This document shows positions 8,496 through 19,700 of a stretch of DNA of 64,000 nt, one piece after another (position 1 is the stretch's first letter; every line of letters starts with the position of its first letter). The notes beneath the pieces are model-generated. The model searched no databases, had not been told where the DNA came from, and was given only the letters and a program-made list of their open reading frames with translations. This DNA is from a virus (Duplodnaviria; Caudoviricetes). The translations under genes were made by a program, and so were the position numbers. The stretch is taken from positions 1 to 64,000 of IMG/VR virus record IMGVR_UViG_3300021387_001147; one strand, given 5' to 3'.

Positions 8496-10400
8496 ATGAG
8501 TGAACATTACGATTTTTGTGGCTATGCTACAAAGAACGACCTTTTATGCTCAGACGGAAGAACTATTCGTCGTGATGCATTTAAGGCCTGTGATGGTGTA
8601 ACTGTTCCTCTTGTTTGGAATCATCGTCATGATGACCCTGAAATGGTGCTTGGACATGCGCTACTTCAGAATCGTCCTGATGGTGTTTATATGTACGGCA
8701 AATTCAATGATACCGAAAAAGGACAGGCTTGCAAAAAGATCCTTGAGAATAAAGATCTCAGGGGTCTTTCTATTTGGGCAAATAACCTGAAACAGAAAGC
8801 AGGAGATGTCCTTCACGGCGTTATTAGAGAAGTTAGTCTTGTTCTTTCAGGAGCTAATCCTGGAGCACTTATTGACTTCTCTCTTTCACATGCTGACGAA
8901 GCTGACGACGAAGTATATGTATACCTTGTAGGCGAAGAGTATACAGAGCTTCAGCACGGTGACATTGAATTTAAAGAACTTGCGCCGGAATCTGAAACCA
9001 AAGTAGAGGAACCTGTCGTGGATGAGAAGGCTACTGAAGAAACTCTTGTCCATGCTGAAGAAGAGAAGGAGAAAGACATGGCAGAAGAGAAGAAAGAGCC
9101 GAAGGAAGAAGTAAAAGAAGAAAAGAAGGAAGAGGGAAAGACTGTAGAAGATGTCTTTAATACTCTTACTGAAGAACAGAAGACTGCTGTATATGCACTG
9201 ATCGCAGCCATCACAGAAGATGATGACGATGAAGACGAGGAGGACGAAGAAGTGAAACATAATGCATTCGAAGTAGAAAACAACCGTGAATACCTGAGCC
9301 ATGCTGACATGGAGACGATCTTTAATGATGCCAAGAGAATTGGATCTCTGAAAGAAGCTGTTCGCCAGCACACAGAAGACGGTGTACTTGCTCATTCCGT
9401 AACAGGACCGGATGACTACGGTGTGTCTAGAGGCGCAGCACCTACAGCTGAAAACGTAGATAAGTATGGCATGTATGATCCTGATATGCTGTTTCCGGAA
9501 TACAAGAGCCTGGATCCGACTCCGCAGTGGATTAAGAGAGATACTGACTGGGTTGACGAGTTTATGGCATCTGTAAAGCATACTCCATTTGCCCGGATCA
9601 AAACTCTGATGGCTGACATCACAGAAGATGATGCTCGTGCTCTGGGTTATATCAAAGGCAACCTCAAGAAAGAGGAGTTCTTCAGCCTGATCAAGAGAAC
9701 GACTGACCCGCAGACTGTATACAAGAAACAGAAAATGGATCGCGATGACATTATTGACATCACTGATTTCGATGTAGTTGCCTGGATCAAAGGCGAGATG
9801 AGAATCATGCTGAACGAAGAAATCGCTCGCGCTGCACTTCTTGGTGATGGCAGATCCGCTGCTTCTTCTGACAAGATTTCCGAATCTCATATCAGACCTA
9901 TCGCTACAGACTCTGATCTGTTCTCTGTTAAGGTCCCGGTTGCTGTTGGCCAGACCGATGATGCTACAGCTAAGAACTTCATTCGTGCTGCTATCAAAGC
10001 TCGTAAAGATTACAAAGGATCTGGCAACCCGGTTCTGTACACAACCGATACCATGCTTGCAGACATCCTGCTGATCGAGGATGGTCTTGGACATCTGCTG
10101 TATGCGAATGAAGGACAGCTGATGACCGCTCTTCGTGTTCGTAAGATCGTCACTGTTCCGGTTATGGAAGGTGCTACTATTCCGATCACTGTTGAATCCA
10201 CAACTTCCAACAAAGATCTGATGGGCATCATTGTGAATCCGCAGGACTACACTCTTGGCGCCGACAAGGGCGGAGCTGTATCCATGTTCGATGATTTCGA
10301 TATCGACTACAACCAGCAGAAATACCTGATCGAGACCAGAGTATCTGGTGCACTCGTGAAGGCTCATTCCGCTCTGGTTCTGTACAGGAACGCTGCCTGA
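8496..10400 (+). CDS. prohead protease - major capsid protein fusion
   Basis: N-terminal HK97-type protease (VPLVWNH..LGH..GLSIWAN..EVSLV), acidic linker, HK97-fold capsid C-terminus (YLIETRVSGAL). Confidence 0.9.
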   Translation: MSEHYDFCGYATKNDLLCSDGRTIRRDAFKACDGVTVPLVWNHRHDDPEMVLGHALLQNRPDGVYMYGKFNDTEKGQACKKILENKDLRGLSIWANNLKQKAGDVLHGVIREVSLVLSGANPGALIDFSLSHADEADDEVYVYLVGEEYTELQHGDIEFKELAPESETKVEEPVVDEKATEETLVHAEEEKEKDMAEEKKEPKEEVKEEKKEEGKTVEDVFNTLTEEQKTAVYALIAAITEDDDDEDEEDEEVKHNAFEVENNREYLSHADMETIFNDAKRIGSLKEAVRQHTEDGVLAHSVTGPDDYGVSRGAAPTAENVDKYGMYDPDMLFPEYKSLDPTPQWIKRDTDWVDEFMASVKHTPFARIKTLMADITEDDARALGYIKGNLKKEEFFSLIKRTTDPQTVYKKQKMDRDDIIDITDFDVVAWIKGEMRIMLNEEIARAALLGDGRSAASSDKISESHIRPIATDSDLFSVKVPVAVGQTDDATAKNFIRAAIKARKDYKGSGNPVLYTTDTMLADILLIEDGLGHLLYANEGQLMTALRVRKIVTVPVMEGATIPITVESTTSNKDLMGIIVNPQDYTLGADKGGAVSMFDDFDIDYNQQKYLIETRVSGALVKAHSALVLYRNAA

Positions 10401-10442
10401 TCGAATTAATAATTAATCTTCAAAATGCGAGGAAATTGAATA

Positions 10443-10772
10443 ATGAGTAAGTATTATGGAACTGTTGGCTATGCAGAACAGGTTGAGACTGCTCCTGACG
10501 TATGGCAAGAACAGATAACTGAAAAGAACTATCAGGGTGAAGCATTAAGGCTCACTAGAAGATGGCAGGGAACTGAGCATCTAAACGATAGTCTTGTCGT
10601 GAATAATCGAATTAGCATAGTCGCAGATCCATATGCTTACAAGAATTTCCATTTGATTAGATATTGCACTTGGATGGGAGTGAAATGGAAAGTTACAAAT
10701 GTTGAAGTAGCTTACCCAAGACTCCTTCTTGACTTGGGAGGTGTCTATAATGAGCAGAATGGATCTCAGTGA
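10443..10772 (+). CDS. head closure protein
   Basis: Position after MCP; SKYYG.VGY..W.GVKWKVTNVEVAYPRL pattern. Confidence 0.65.
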   Translation: MSKYYGTVGYAEQVETAPDVWQEQITEKNYQGEALRLTRRWQGTEHLNDSLVVNNRISIVADPYAYKNFHLIRYCTWMGVKWKVTNVEVAYPRLLLDLGGVYNEQNGSQ

Positions 10773-11049
10773 AAAGTTTCATGAGATTTGTAACAACGTT
10801 TATTATCAGCCACCTTCTGGGCATCAGTTAAAGTACCCGTGCATTATTTATGAACGCAGAACTGGAGATACATTCTTTGCTGATGATACGCCGTATGTGT
10901 TTCATATGTGCTATACGGTAACAGTAATAGACCCTGATCCTGACAGTGAGATTCCTATTGAAGTGGCAATGCTTCCTTTTTGTAAGATGGACAGATGTTT
11001 TACTACTGACAACTTGAATCACACTGTTTTTATTATGTATGATGACTAA
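10750..11049 (+). CDS. tail terminator/completion protein
   Basis: NVYYQPP..LKYPCIIY..YTVTVID.DPDS pattern; synteny. Confidence 0.65.
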   Translation: MSRMDLSEKFHEICNNVYYQPPSGHQLKYPCIIYERRTGDTFFADDTPYVFHMCYTVTVIDPDPDSEIPIEVAMLPFCKMDRCFTTDNLNHTVFIMYDD

Positions 11050-11066
11050 TTTTAGGAGGAAACAAT

Positions 11067-11735
11067 ATGCCTGATTATGCTCCGCTTACCTGGGATGACA
11101 CAGGAAAGAAAATTTTTGAAACTGGTACTAAGAATGGCGTTCTGTATGTAATGGACTCTAATGGACAGTACGGTGCAGGCGTTGCCTGGAATGGTCTTAC
11201 TGCTGTTACAGAGTCCAACTCTGGTGCAGAAGAGACTGCTCTGTGGGCAGACGACATTAAATATGCATCTATGAGATCCGCTGAAGAGTTTGGTGCGACA
11301 ATTGAGGCTTATCAGTGCCCGAAAGAGTTCTACGTGTGTGATGGCTCTGCTGAACTTGGAACAGGTGTTACGATCAACCAGCAGGACAGAAGATCATTTG
11401 GATTCAGTTATGTAACTACGATCGGTAATGACGTATCCGGTACTGGCTATGGATACAAGATTCATCTGATTTATGGCTGCTCTGCGTCTCCGTCTGAAAG
11501 AGCTTACCAGACGATTAATGACAGCCCGGATGCTATTACACTTTCTTGGGAAGTTACAACTACGCCGGTTAATGTAACTGGACATAAGCCGACTGCCCAT
11601 CTTATCATTGATTCTACACTTGTCCCGGAGGCTAAGCTTACAAAGATTAAGAAGCAGCTGTATGGATCCAATGAGAACGCACCGACGCTCCTTCTTCCGG
11701 ATGGCATTAAGGACATTCTGGATGAGAATCCGTGA
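11067..11735 (+). CDS. major tail protein
   Basis: TWDDTGKK.FETG..GVLY..AWNGLT.VTES..KIHL.YG..ASPSE pattern. Confidence 0.9.
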   Translation: MPDYAPLTWDDTGKKIFETGTKNGVLYVMDSNGQYGAGVAWNGLTAVTESNSGAEETALWADDIKYASMRSAEEFGATIEAYQCPKEFYVCDGSAELGTGVTINQQDRRSFGFSYVTTIGNDVSGTGYGYKIHLIYGCSASPSERAYQTINDSPDAITLSWEVTTTPVNVTGHKPTAHLIIDSTLVPEAKLTKIKKQLYGSNENAPTLLLPDGIKDILDENP

Positions 11736-11752
11736 TAAAGCTTAGCTAAAAT

Positions 11753-11785
11753 ATAGGGGGTGCTATTTACGGCATCCCCTATTTT
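11753..11785 (+). terminator. intrinsic terminator after major tail gene
   Basis: atagggggtgc/gcatcccctat stem followed by T-run. Confidence 0.75.
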
Positions 11786-11795
11786 ATGTTATAAT
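11766..11795 (+). promoter_or_regulatory. extended -10 sigma-A type promoter of moron-like gene
   Basis: TGtTATAAT at 11787-11795; tttacg at 11766-11771. Confidence 0.6.
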
Positions 11796-11827
11796 CTTTC
11801 AAAATGACAGACTTTGGAGGGATTGCC

Positions 11828-12268
11828 ATGAAGATTATAGACATAAAGTGTCCTAAGTGTGGAGGAGAGTTGCACATAGGAGAAGGTAGAAAAGATTGCT
11901 TCTGTGAGTATTGTGGATCGCATTTGTTCTTTGAGGACGATGAAGGCGACAGAACAATAACCAATATTACTATCATCAGAGACGAAGCAAAGATTAAAGA
12001 TGCAGAAGCCAGAATGAAACGAGAAGAAGTTCTGGATAAAGGCCTAGACATTATAAAGAATCATAGAGACTTTAGAGAGACTATAAAAGTTATTGAAATC
12101 TTTGCTGTGATACTATTTGTCTTTACAAGTCGTGCATTTAGTGGACCGTTAACAATTATACGTGACTTGTTGTTCGCCATAGTTGTTGGACTTGGAATCT
12201 ACTTGTACTTCACGAGAAATAAAAGCAGTAACGAAGATGCTGATAGTAAAAAGAAGAAACGAAGATAG
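11828..12268 (+). CDS. Zn-ribbon, two-TM membrane protein (moron-like)
   Basis: CPKCG..CEYCG; two hydrophobic helices; basic tail; own promoter and terminator. Confidence 0.7.
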   Translation: MKIIDIKCPKCGGELHIGEGRKDCFCEYCGSHLFFEDDEGDRTITNITIIRDEAKIKDAEARMKREEVLDKGLDIIKNHRDFRETIKVIEIFAVILFVFTSRAFSGPLTIIRDLLFAIVVGLGIYLYFTRNKSSNEDADSKKKKRR

Positions 12269-12273
12269 CATTT

Positions 12274-12305
12274 AAGACTTCAGAGAAATCTGAGGTCTTT
12301 TTTTT
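12274..12305 (+). terminator. intrinsic terminator
   Basis: aagacttcag-agaaat-ctgaggtctt plus T8. Confidence 0.85.
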
Positions 12306-12333
12306 AATTCATTGAGAGAGAGGAGACCATACT

Positions 12334-12768
12334 ATGTTTAAGATTCCGATTACTTATGTCGGTTTTGATGGAAAAGAGAAAACGAGGGATTTCTATTTCA
12401 ACCTTACTAAAGGTGAGATTGCGGAAATTCATCTTGCACTTCCTGGAGGATTTGATGGATTCCTTGATAGGCTTAACGATGAACCGGATGTTGCAGATAT
12501 CGTGAATGTATTTAAGCAGCTGATTCTTAAATCATATGGAAAAAGAACAGCTGAGAATAAATTTATCAAATCTAAAGAGATCTCCGAGGAGTTTGCAGCA
12601 ACTGATGCATACTCTGAGCTGTTTCTTAAGTTTATTGATAACGAAGATGACTTTGTAAATAAATTCCTGGAAGGGGCTATTAATGCTCCAGTTGGAACTA
12701 TCAATAAGATCCTTGAGGAGAATCCAAAGCTCAAGGAGACTGCTGATCTGGTTCCAAGTGAATTTTAA
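12334..12768 (+). CDS. tail assembly chaperone
   Basis: ITY..FDG.E.TRDFYFNLTK.E..LILKSYGKR pattern; synteny. Confidence 0.7.
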   Translation: MFKIPITYVGFDGKEKTRDFYFNLTKGEIAEIHLALPGGFDGFLDRLNDEPDVADIVNVFKQLILKSYGKRTAENKFIKSKEISEEFAATDAYSELFLKFIDNEDDFVNKFLEGAINAPVGTINKILEENPKLKETADLVPSEF

Positions 12769-12783
12769 ATAGAGGTGACATAG

Positions 12784-13326
12784 ATGCCAATGCGACTAAC
12801 AATCCCTGCCAGAGACGATCTGTGGGACGAGTCAACTGGCATGTTTGTCTCAATGAAAGAGCAGACTTTAGTGCTTGAGCATTCTTTGCTGTCTTTATCA
12901 AAATGGGAGAGAAAATGGAAAAAGCCGTTTCTGTCAACAGAAGATAAGTCAGCTGAAGAATGGCTCGATTACTTTAGATGCATGACATTAAATCAGGTAA
13001 ATCCTTTAGTCTATGATTTTTTGTCAGCAAAAGATATGGAGCAGATTATTGAATACATAAGTGATCCAATGACTGCTACAACTATTACGGATGTTAGTGC
13101 TTCAAATGGAAAACGAGAGATAGTAACAAGTGAAATTATTTATTACAACATGATTTCATATGGAATACCGATTGAAATGGAGAAATGGCATCTTAATACC
13201 TTGATAACTCTGATAAGAGTATTCTCGATTAAAGGCGGCAACACTAAAAAGATGTCAAGATCTGAAGCTGCTGCTTTCCAAAGAAACATTAACGAAAGTA
13301 GACTCGCTAAGAATCGCAGGAGGTGA
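12784..13326 (+). CDS. second tail assembly chaperone
   Basis: LEHSLLSLSKWE.KW.KPFL..EKWHLN.L.TLIRV; upstream of TMP. Confidence 0.65.
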   Translation: MPMRLTIPARDDLWDESTGMFVSMKEQTLVLEHSLLSLSKWERKWKKPFLSTEDKSAEEWLDYFRCMTLNQVNPLVYDFLSAKDMEQIIEYISDPMTATTITDVSASNGKREIVTSEIIYYNMISYGIPIEMEKWHLNTLITLIRVFSIKGGNTKKMSRSEAAAFQRNINESRLAKNRRR

Positions 13327-13715
13327 ATCTTATGTCTATGATAACCATCTCACAGCGAGGGGACTTTTCAAAGACATTAAGATTCTTGCGAAAGCTTAGA
13401 GATAAGAAATTTGCAGAGAAATTAGACAAGTATGGACAACTTGGAGTAGACGCTTTGAGAGAAGCAACTCCTAGGAGAAGCGGAAAGACTGCCGAATCAT
13501 GGACTTATCAAGTTGAGGTATCGGGATCTTCAGCTACTATATACTGGTCTAATACAAACCAGAATGGATACTTTAACGTTGCTGTTGGCATTCAGTATGG
13601 TCATGGCACCAGAAATGGTGGATATGTTCAGGGCATAGACTACATTAATCCAGCTATGAGGCCAATATTTGAACAGATAGCAAATGAAATTTGGGCGGAG
13701 GTGATTTCGGATTGA
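13323..13715 (+). CDS. HK97 gp10-like neck/tail protein
   Basis: ATP.RSGKTAESW.Y..QYGHGTRNGGYVQG.DYINPA pattern. Confidence 0.7.
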   Translation: MNLMSMITISQRGDFSKTLRFLRKLRDKKFAEKLDKYGQLGVDALREATPRRSGKTAESWTYQVEVSGSSATIYWSNTNQNGYFNVAVGIQYGHGTRNGGYVQGIDYINPAMRPIFEQIANEIWAEVISD

Positions 13716-16700
13716 GTAACGTTGATGAAAGAATCGTCGAGATGAAATTCGAGAATCATCTCTTTGAAAAGAACGTAAATACTTCTATTGGAACTCTTGA
13801 AAAGCTTAAGAATGCACTTAAGTTTAACGGAGTCGATAAGAATTTAGCTGATCTTGATAAGTCTGTTAATTCAATGGACTTTTCGAAATTAGCGGCAGGA
13901 GTTGACGCTCTTAATAAAAGATTCTCAACCATGGGAATCGTAGGCATGACAGTTATTCAGGACTTAACTCGAGCTGCTGAAAATATGGCTCATAAAATGG
14001 CTACAGGACTGTTTAATCAAATCAAGACTGGAGGTTGGGCAAGAGCAACGAATATTGATCAGGCTAAGTTTCAGCTTGAAGGTCTTGGTGTAGCATGGAA
14101 CGATATTGTAGCAGATATCGAATATGGTGTAAACGATACTGCGTATGGACTTGATTCAGCAGCTAAAGTCGCATCACAGCTTGTAGCATCTGGCATCACA
14201 ATAGGTGATAATATGCAAGCTGCACTTCGAGGTGTATCAGGCGTCGCTGCTATGACTAATTCATCGTACGATGAGATTGGAGCTATATTTACTACTGTTG
14301 CAGGTCAAGGCAAGCTCATGACCATGCAGCTCAGGCAGCTTGAATCGAGAGGTCTTAACGTTGCTGCTAACTTAGGAAAAGCATCTGGCAAACTTGCTGG
14401 CAAAACAGAGTCTGAGATTCGTGACATGGTAACGAAAGGCCAAATCGATTTTCAGACCTTTGCTGACGCTATGAATGAGGTATTTGGTCCTCAGGCAAAG
14501 AAAGCAAATGAAACATTCGAGGGTTCGCTTGCTAATATGAAATCAGCTCTTTCCAGAATTGGTGCTGAATTTGCAACACCGATTAGAAAGAACATGATTC
14601 CTATTTTTAATAAATTAAGAGAAATCTTTAATGATATTAAAAAACAGAAACTCGGACAGGTTTTTAAAGACTTCGAATCATTTGCTTTTAAAATGTCCAA
14701 GTTTGCATATGGCGTATTGGACACACTTCATAAAAACCTTGGGTTTGTTGATACATTAGCCGGAGGAATTCATTCTATATGGATCTGGTTCGACGAACTT
14801 ATGCAAGGCGTTTCTCCGGTATGGAAATTCTTTACAAAAGCTGAAGAAAAGGCTGAGGTTGCAGCTTCTGCAATTAGTAAAGTAGGACTTACTCTTGAAG
14901 TTGTTGAAGATCTTGCTCAGAGAGTACTGGCTGGCGAATTCGGAAATGAACAGGCCAGATGGGACGCTATTGATGAACTCACTGGAATTGAAAATGCTGG
15001 TCTTGCAGTTCAGAATAGAGTAAACGAATTACTTAACTGCTCTAAAAGATATTCTGAAGCTGCCGAAATAGTTGAAGATTCGACTACAAAAGAACAAGAG
15101 GCTTTAGAAAAAGCTGGCAAGTCTATAGAAGACTATGCTGAAGCTCAGAATGAAATTCAGGATACTGCACAAGGCATGATAGAAACTCTTCAGAAAGCAT
15201 TTGGCGAAATTGATAAGGCCGCGGTATTTGAATGGGCTGCAACTGTTATTGGCGGGTTCAGAGCTGCTTTAACTATTCTTGGAAGAACTGTTATGGCAGT
15301 AGCTGCCGGAGCATTAGAGCCACTTATTGAAATTGGCAAAACTATTGCTGGCGTATTCGGTAAAGTTACATCAACAATCGCCGAATGGGTCATGGATTTT
15401 AGCAAGTTCATGAAAGAATCGGGTGGCTATGCTAAGATCCAGACTGTCACTAATAAAGTATTCAAAGCATTTTCTTCCATATTAAAAGGCACAGTAAAAG
15501 TCGGATCAAAAGTATTCGATATTCTTGGAAACGCTATAGGAAAAGTTGGAAGCATAATTGATCAAGCTAAGTTCCGTTTTCAGGTATTTATGGAACTTCT
15601 GAAAAATACAGAAGGCTATAAACGACTTACTGAAGCTTTTGGTAATATTGGATCTAAATTAATAGAACTAAAAGATAATGCGTTCTCTAAGATTCAGGAC
15701 GCTTTAAACAGATTCATGGAAACCGACATTGAGCTTCCAAAGATTAATCTGATGGATCTTGCCAATTCTGTAAGTGACGGGATTGTCTGGATGCTTGATA
15801 AGATTAATGAGCTCAAGACATCGATCCTTGATTTCTACAATACGAACATAGTCGGTGAAGGTGGCTTGATGGAGAAGCTTCAGAATTTCTTCTCTAGTGA
15901 GAATCTTCAAGCTGGCATTCAGAATTTTATTGAACTTATCAACGAAGCAAGAGAAGCTATTGTTAAATTCTTTACAGGCACATCCGGAGCTGAAGGAGAA
16001 GCTGAAGAAACTACTAGCGGATTACAGAAGTTCTTGGATGATGTTAACAGAATATTTGAGCAGATTAAGCAGACAGTAGTTGATCTTGTAAATAATGGCA
16101 TTGAAGATTTTAATGACTTTGTTAACCGGATAAAAGAATCTATACCATCGCTTGATGAAGTTGTAAAGAAGATAATGCATATAGTTGGCGAAATTACTGC
16201 CATAAACTTCATAAGAGCTGTGAACGGTATAATGACTTCTATTAGTCATATTTCCGGAATCTTGAGAAATGTAAAAGGAGCCATTGGATCGTTTAAGTGG
16301 TTCTTTAGATCTTTGTCTTTAGCTGTTTCTGGCTTAGCACTACTTGAAATTGCTGGCGCCATTGGCATATTAGCTTTGTCATTTAAACTTCTTGGCTCTC
16401 TTTCTTGGGATCAGTTTAAAGTCGCTGCAGCGGCTATCATTGTTATAACAAGTGCATTAGCTGTATTGTTCGCAGTCATTGGTCATTTCTCAAGTGGCAA
16501 AGGTGGAAAAATTGTAGAAACTCCGCTTCAGTCACTAACAGAAATGGTGAAAACTCTTTCTAGTACGATAAGTAAAGCTATGAAGGGCTTGGGAAGAGCC
16601 GCAACGATAGCTGCATTTGCTTATGCTGTTAAGACTATATATGACATTATTATGTCTGTTGTAGACATGCCATGGTACAAAGTAAAGACAGGCCTTAAGC

Positions 16701-19700
16701 TCGTTGGAGCTATTATGGCTGAAATAGTCATTGCTATGGCTGCACTTAATTTGCTCGGCGGTCATAAATCTACTGGCATGCAGAGAATTGGACAAGCTGC
16801 TCAAATTGTAGCTTTTGCAGCTGCCATAAAGTTGATAGCAAATGCCATAGCGCAGATTGCTGAATTAGATGCCAGCAAAGCAGAACAAGGCATAAAAGCT
16901 ATAAAAACTATATCGTTGTCTCTTAGTGCACTAATGATCTCGTCTAGGGTTTCGAAGTTGTCACTTAAGCCCATTATTGGACTTGGACTGTTATTCGCAG
17001 CAATTGCCTATGCTTTTGGTCAGATGGCTGGTATGGATCCTGATGAAATGAAAGCAACAGCAGGAGCTTTGACATCTATCATTGCCACGCTGTCACTTCT
17101 TGTATATTCTCTTGGCAAGATGTTCAAGAATAGTGGCACCGGCAATATTAAATCTACAGTTGTAAGCTTTATTGCTTTAGGTGCTTTGATAGGGGAAATG
17201 GCATTGATATTTTCTCTTATGCAAGATATGGATCCGCTTAAAATGGCATCACAAGCTGATGCTATGGCTAAAGTATTGAGATCATTAGCTTTTGTTATGT
17301 GGGCCACGTCTAAAATTGGTAGCACAGGATCTATTGGTGGCGATGTTAAAGGTGCTGTTGGCTCAGCACTTAGTGCTGACATTATACTTGCTAATGTAAC
17401 TGGCATTATGGCTATTGCAGGCTTGATTAATGAAAATGCTCCGTGGCTAAAAGATTTAATAGATAGTGGAATACCATTGCTTAATAAAGTGGCAGAAGGC
17501 ATTGGCGACTTTATTGGCACTCTTCTTAAGCATGCTATTATAAACCCTCTTGAAGATACAGTTGGCGATCTCGGCGATGGCCTTATGGGATTTATAGATG
17601 GAATAAAGCAGTTTATGGAAGGCACTAAAGATCTTGACGTTTCTGGTGTCTCTACTATATCTGATCTTTTAAGCGTGTTCTCATCTCTTGCCGGAGCGGG
17701 CATTCTTACTGCTATCACAGATTTCTTCATGGGCGAATCTTCTATGGAGAATTTCGGAACACAAATGGTAGCTTTTGGTAACGCACTCGTTGAATATTCT
17801 GGCATTGTTGCTGGAAATATTAGCGAAGAAGCAGTTGCATCAAGTGCAAGGGCAGCACAGATGCTTTCAGATTTTGCGAATACATTGCCAAATGAAGGCG
17901 GCTGGTTAGGAGCTATAGTAGGAGAAAATAATCTTTCTGATTTTGCTAATCAGTTAGTAGGATTTGGTACAGAACTCGTGAAGTACTCTGCCATTATTAC
18001 ATCTGGAAATGGCATCGACGAGGCAGCTGTTACGGCTAGCGCAAGAGCTGCAACAATGATTGCTGAATTTGCTAATAAAATTCCCAATCAAGGCGGTGCA
18101 TTAGGCGCTTTGGTAGGGGACAATACATTAGCTCAGTTTGCAGCTGGTCTCGAGCCGTTTGCTACCGCTATGGTAACATATTCTGATATTATTAAGAACG
18201 GAAATATTGATTCAGCTGCCGTAGAAAACAGTGCTAATGCCGCTACTATGATATCTAAATTTGCAAGCACTATACCCAATCAAGGCGGCAAGATAGCAAA
18301 ATGGGTTGGCGATAATACTCTTTCACAGTTTGCTGGTGAATTGGTGCCATTTGCTACTGAATTAGTTAAATACTCGGCTATCATTACATCTGGAAAAGGA
18401 ATAGACTCTGATGCAGTGGAAGCAAGCGCTGCCGCAGGATCTATTTTAGCGTCGTTTGCAGATGCGATTCCTAATAGCGGAGGATATTTAGCAGCATGGA
18501 TAGGTGACAATACTCTTTCACAGTTCGGCGCTACATTAGTACCATTCGCTGAAGATCTTAAATCATATTCAGAAGCGTGCGCCGGCTTGGACATGACAGA
18601 TGCTATTGCTGCTACTGGAGCTATTAGTGATCTTGTTGCACTATTTAACCAGATAAATGCTGAAGGCGGACTTCTTGGTGCTGAACAAACAGGTGCTAAA
18701 CTATCCGAAATAGAAGATATAGTGTCTTCGTTGTTCACTAATTTTGCTTGGGCACTTGAAGATGTTGACGATGTCACTTCTGTTTCTGATGCCATCAGTA
18801 ACCTTGGCAAGAAAATGGGTGAAACAATGTCCAAAGGCCTTGCTGAAGGAATCAAATCTACTGAAGGCGGAACTGACTTGCAGAATGCATTCAGTGAAAT
18901 GATTCAGAAGATGATTAACGGTGCTGATGGACAAGCAGGGGATTTATCAGGCCTTGCTGAATCTATTGTAGCATCTCTTGGAACTATTGGGGATGCTATC
19001 ACAACCAGCCTTGGTGCTGATAATCTGTCTGCCACTATTGTTCCTGAGCTTACAGCCGCTCTTACTGAAATGTTTGCTACTATTAATTCTAAGCAGCCTA
19101 TCTTCCGTACTGCTGGCAGCAATTTGGTTAATGCCCTTGCGGGAGGAGTAAGACAGGGACGTTCTTGGGTTACAGCAGCTCTTCAGGCAATAGGTATTGC
19201 TGGATTTAATGCTATTAACGCCTATCAGTCGAGATTCAGAACAGCCGGTAGAAATATGGGCGCTGGATTGGCTGGCGGTCTTAGACAGAGTAGATCGGAA
19301 GTCGTATCTGCGGCTAGATCTCTTGCCGATGCGGCAAATGCTGAACTTAAGCATAGAACTAAACAGAATTCACCGTCAAAACTTTGGGGCGAATTTGGTG
19401 ATAACATGGGTCAAGGCCTTGCCAATGGATTAATTGGTAGCGTTGGAGTTGTAAAGTCTGCTGTAGGAGTTATGGCCAAAGGTACGCATGACACTATGAC
19501 TGGCGAACTCAACTCAAGCGTAGAATCTGTAACAGATAATCTTTACAATCAGCTTGTCGCAGTATATCAGTATATCAATTCTGTCATTAATGAATCCACT
19601 AACATCAATCCAGTAATCACGCCAGTAGTAGATCTCTCACAAGTTCAAAATGGTATGTATTCTGCTGGTGCAATGCTCTCATCTGCAGGCAACGCATTCG

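Noticed and set aside
8886-10367. 493-aa antisense ORF over the capsid gene
   Set aside because: Shadow of codon bias in a highly expressed gene (few in-frame TTA/CTA/TCA); no RBS; protein-unlike composition.
12334-13326. Programmed frameshift between tail chaperones
   Set aside because: No clear slippery heptamer near 12768; the second ORF has its own GAGGTG RBS 15 nt downstream.
13756-19407. Many minus-strand ORFs (e.g. 17020-17805) within the tape measure gene
   Set aside because: Antisense shadows without RBS or recognisable motifs.
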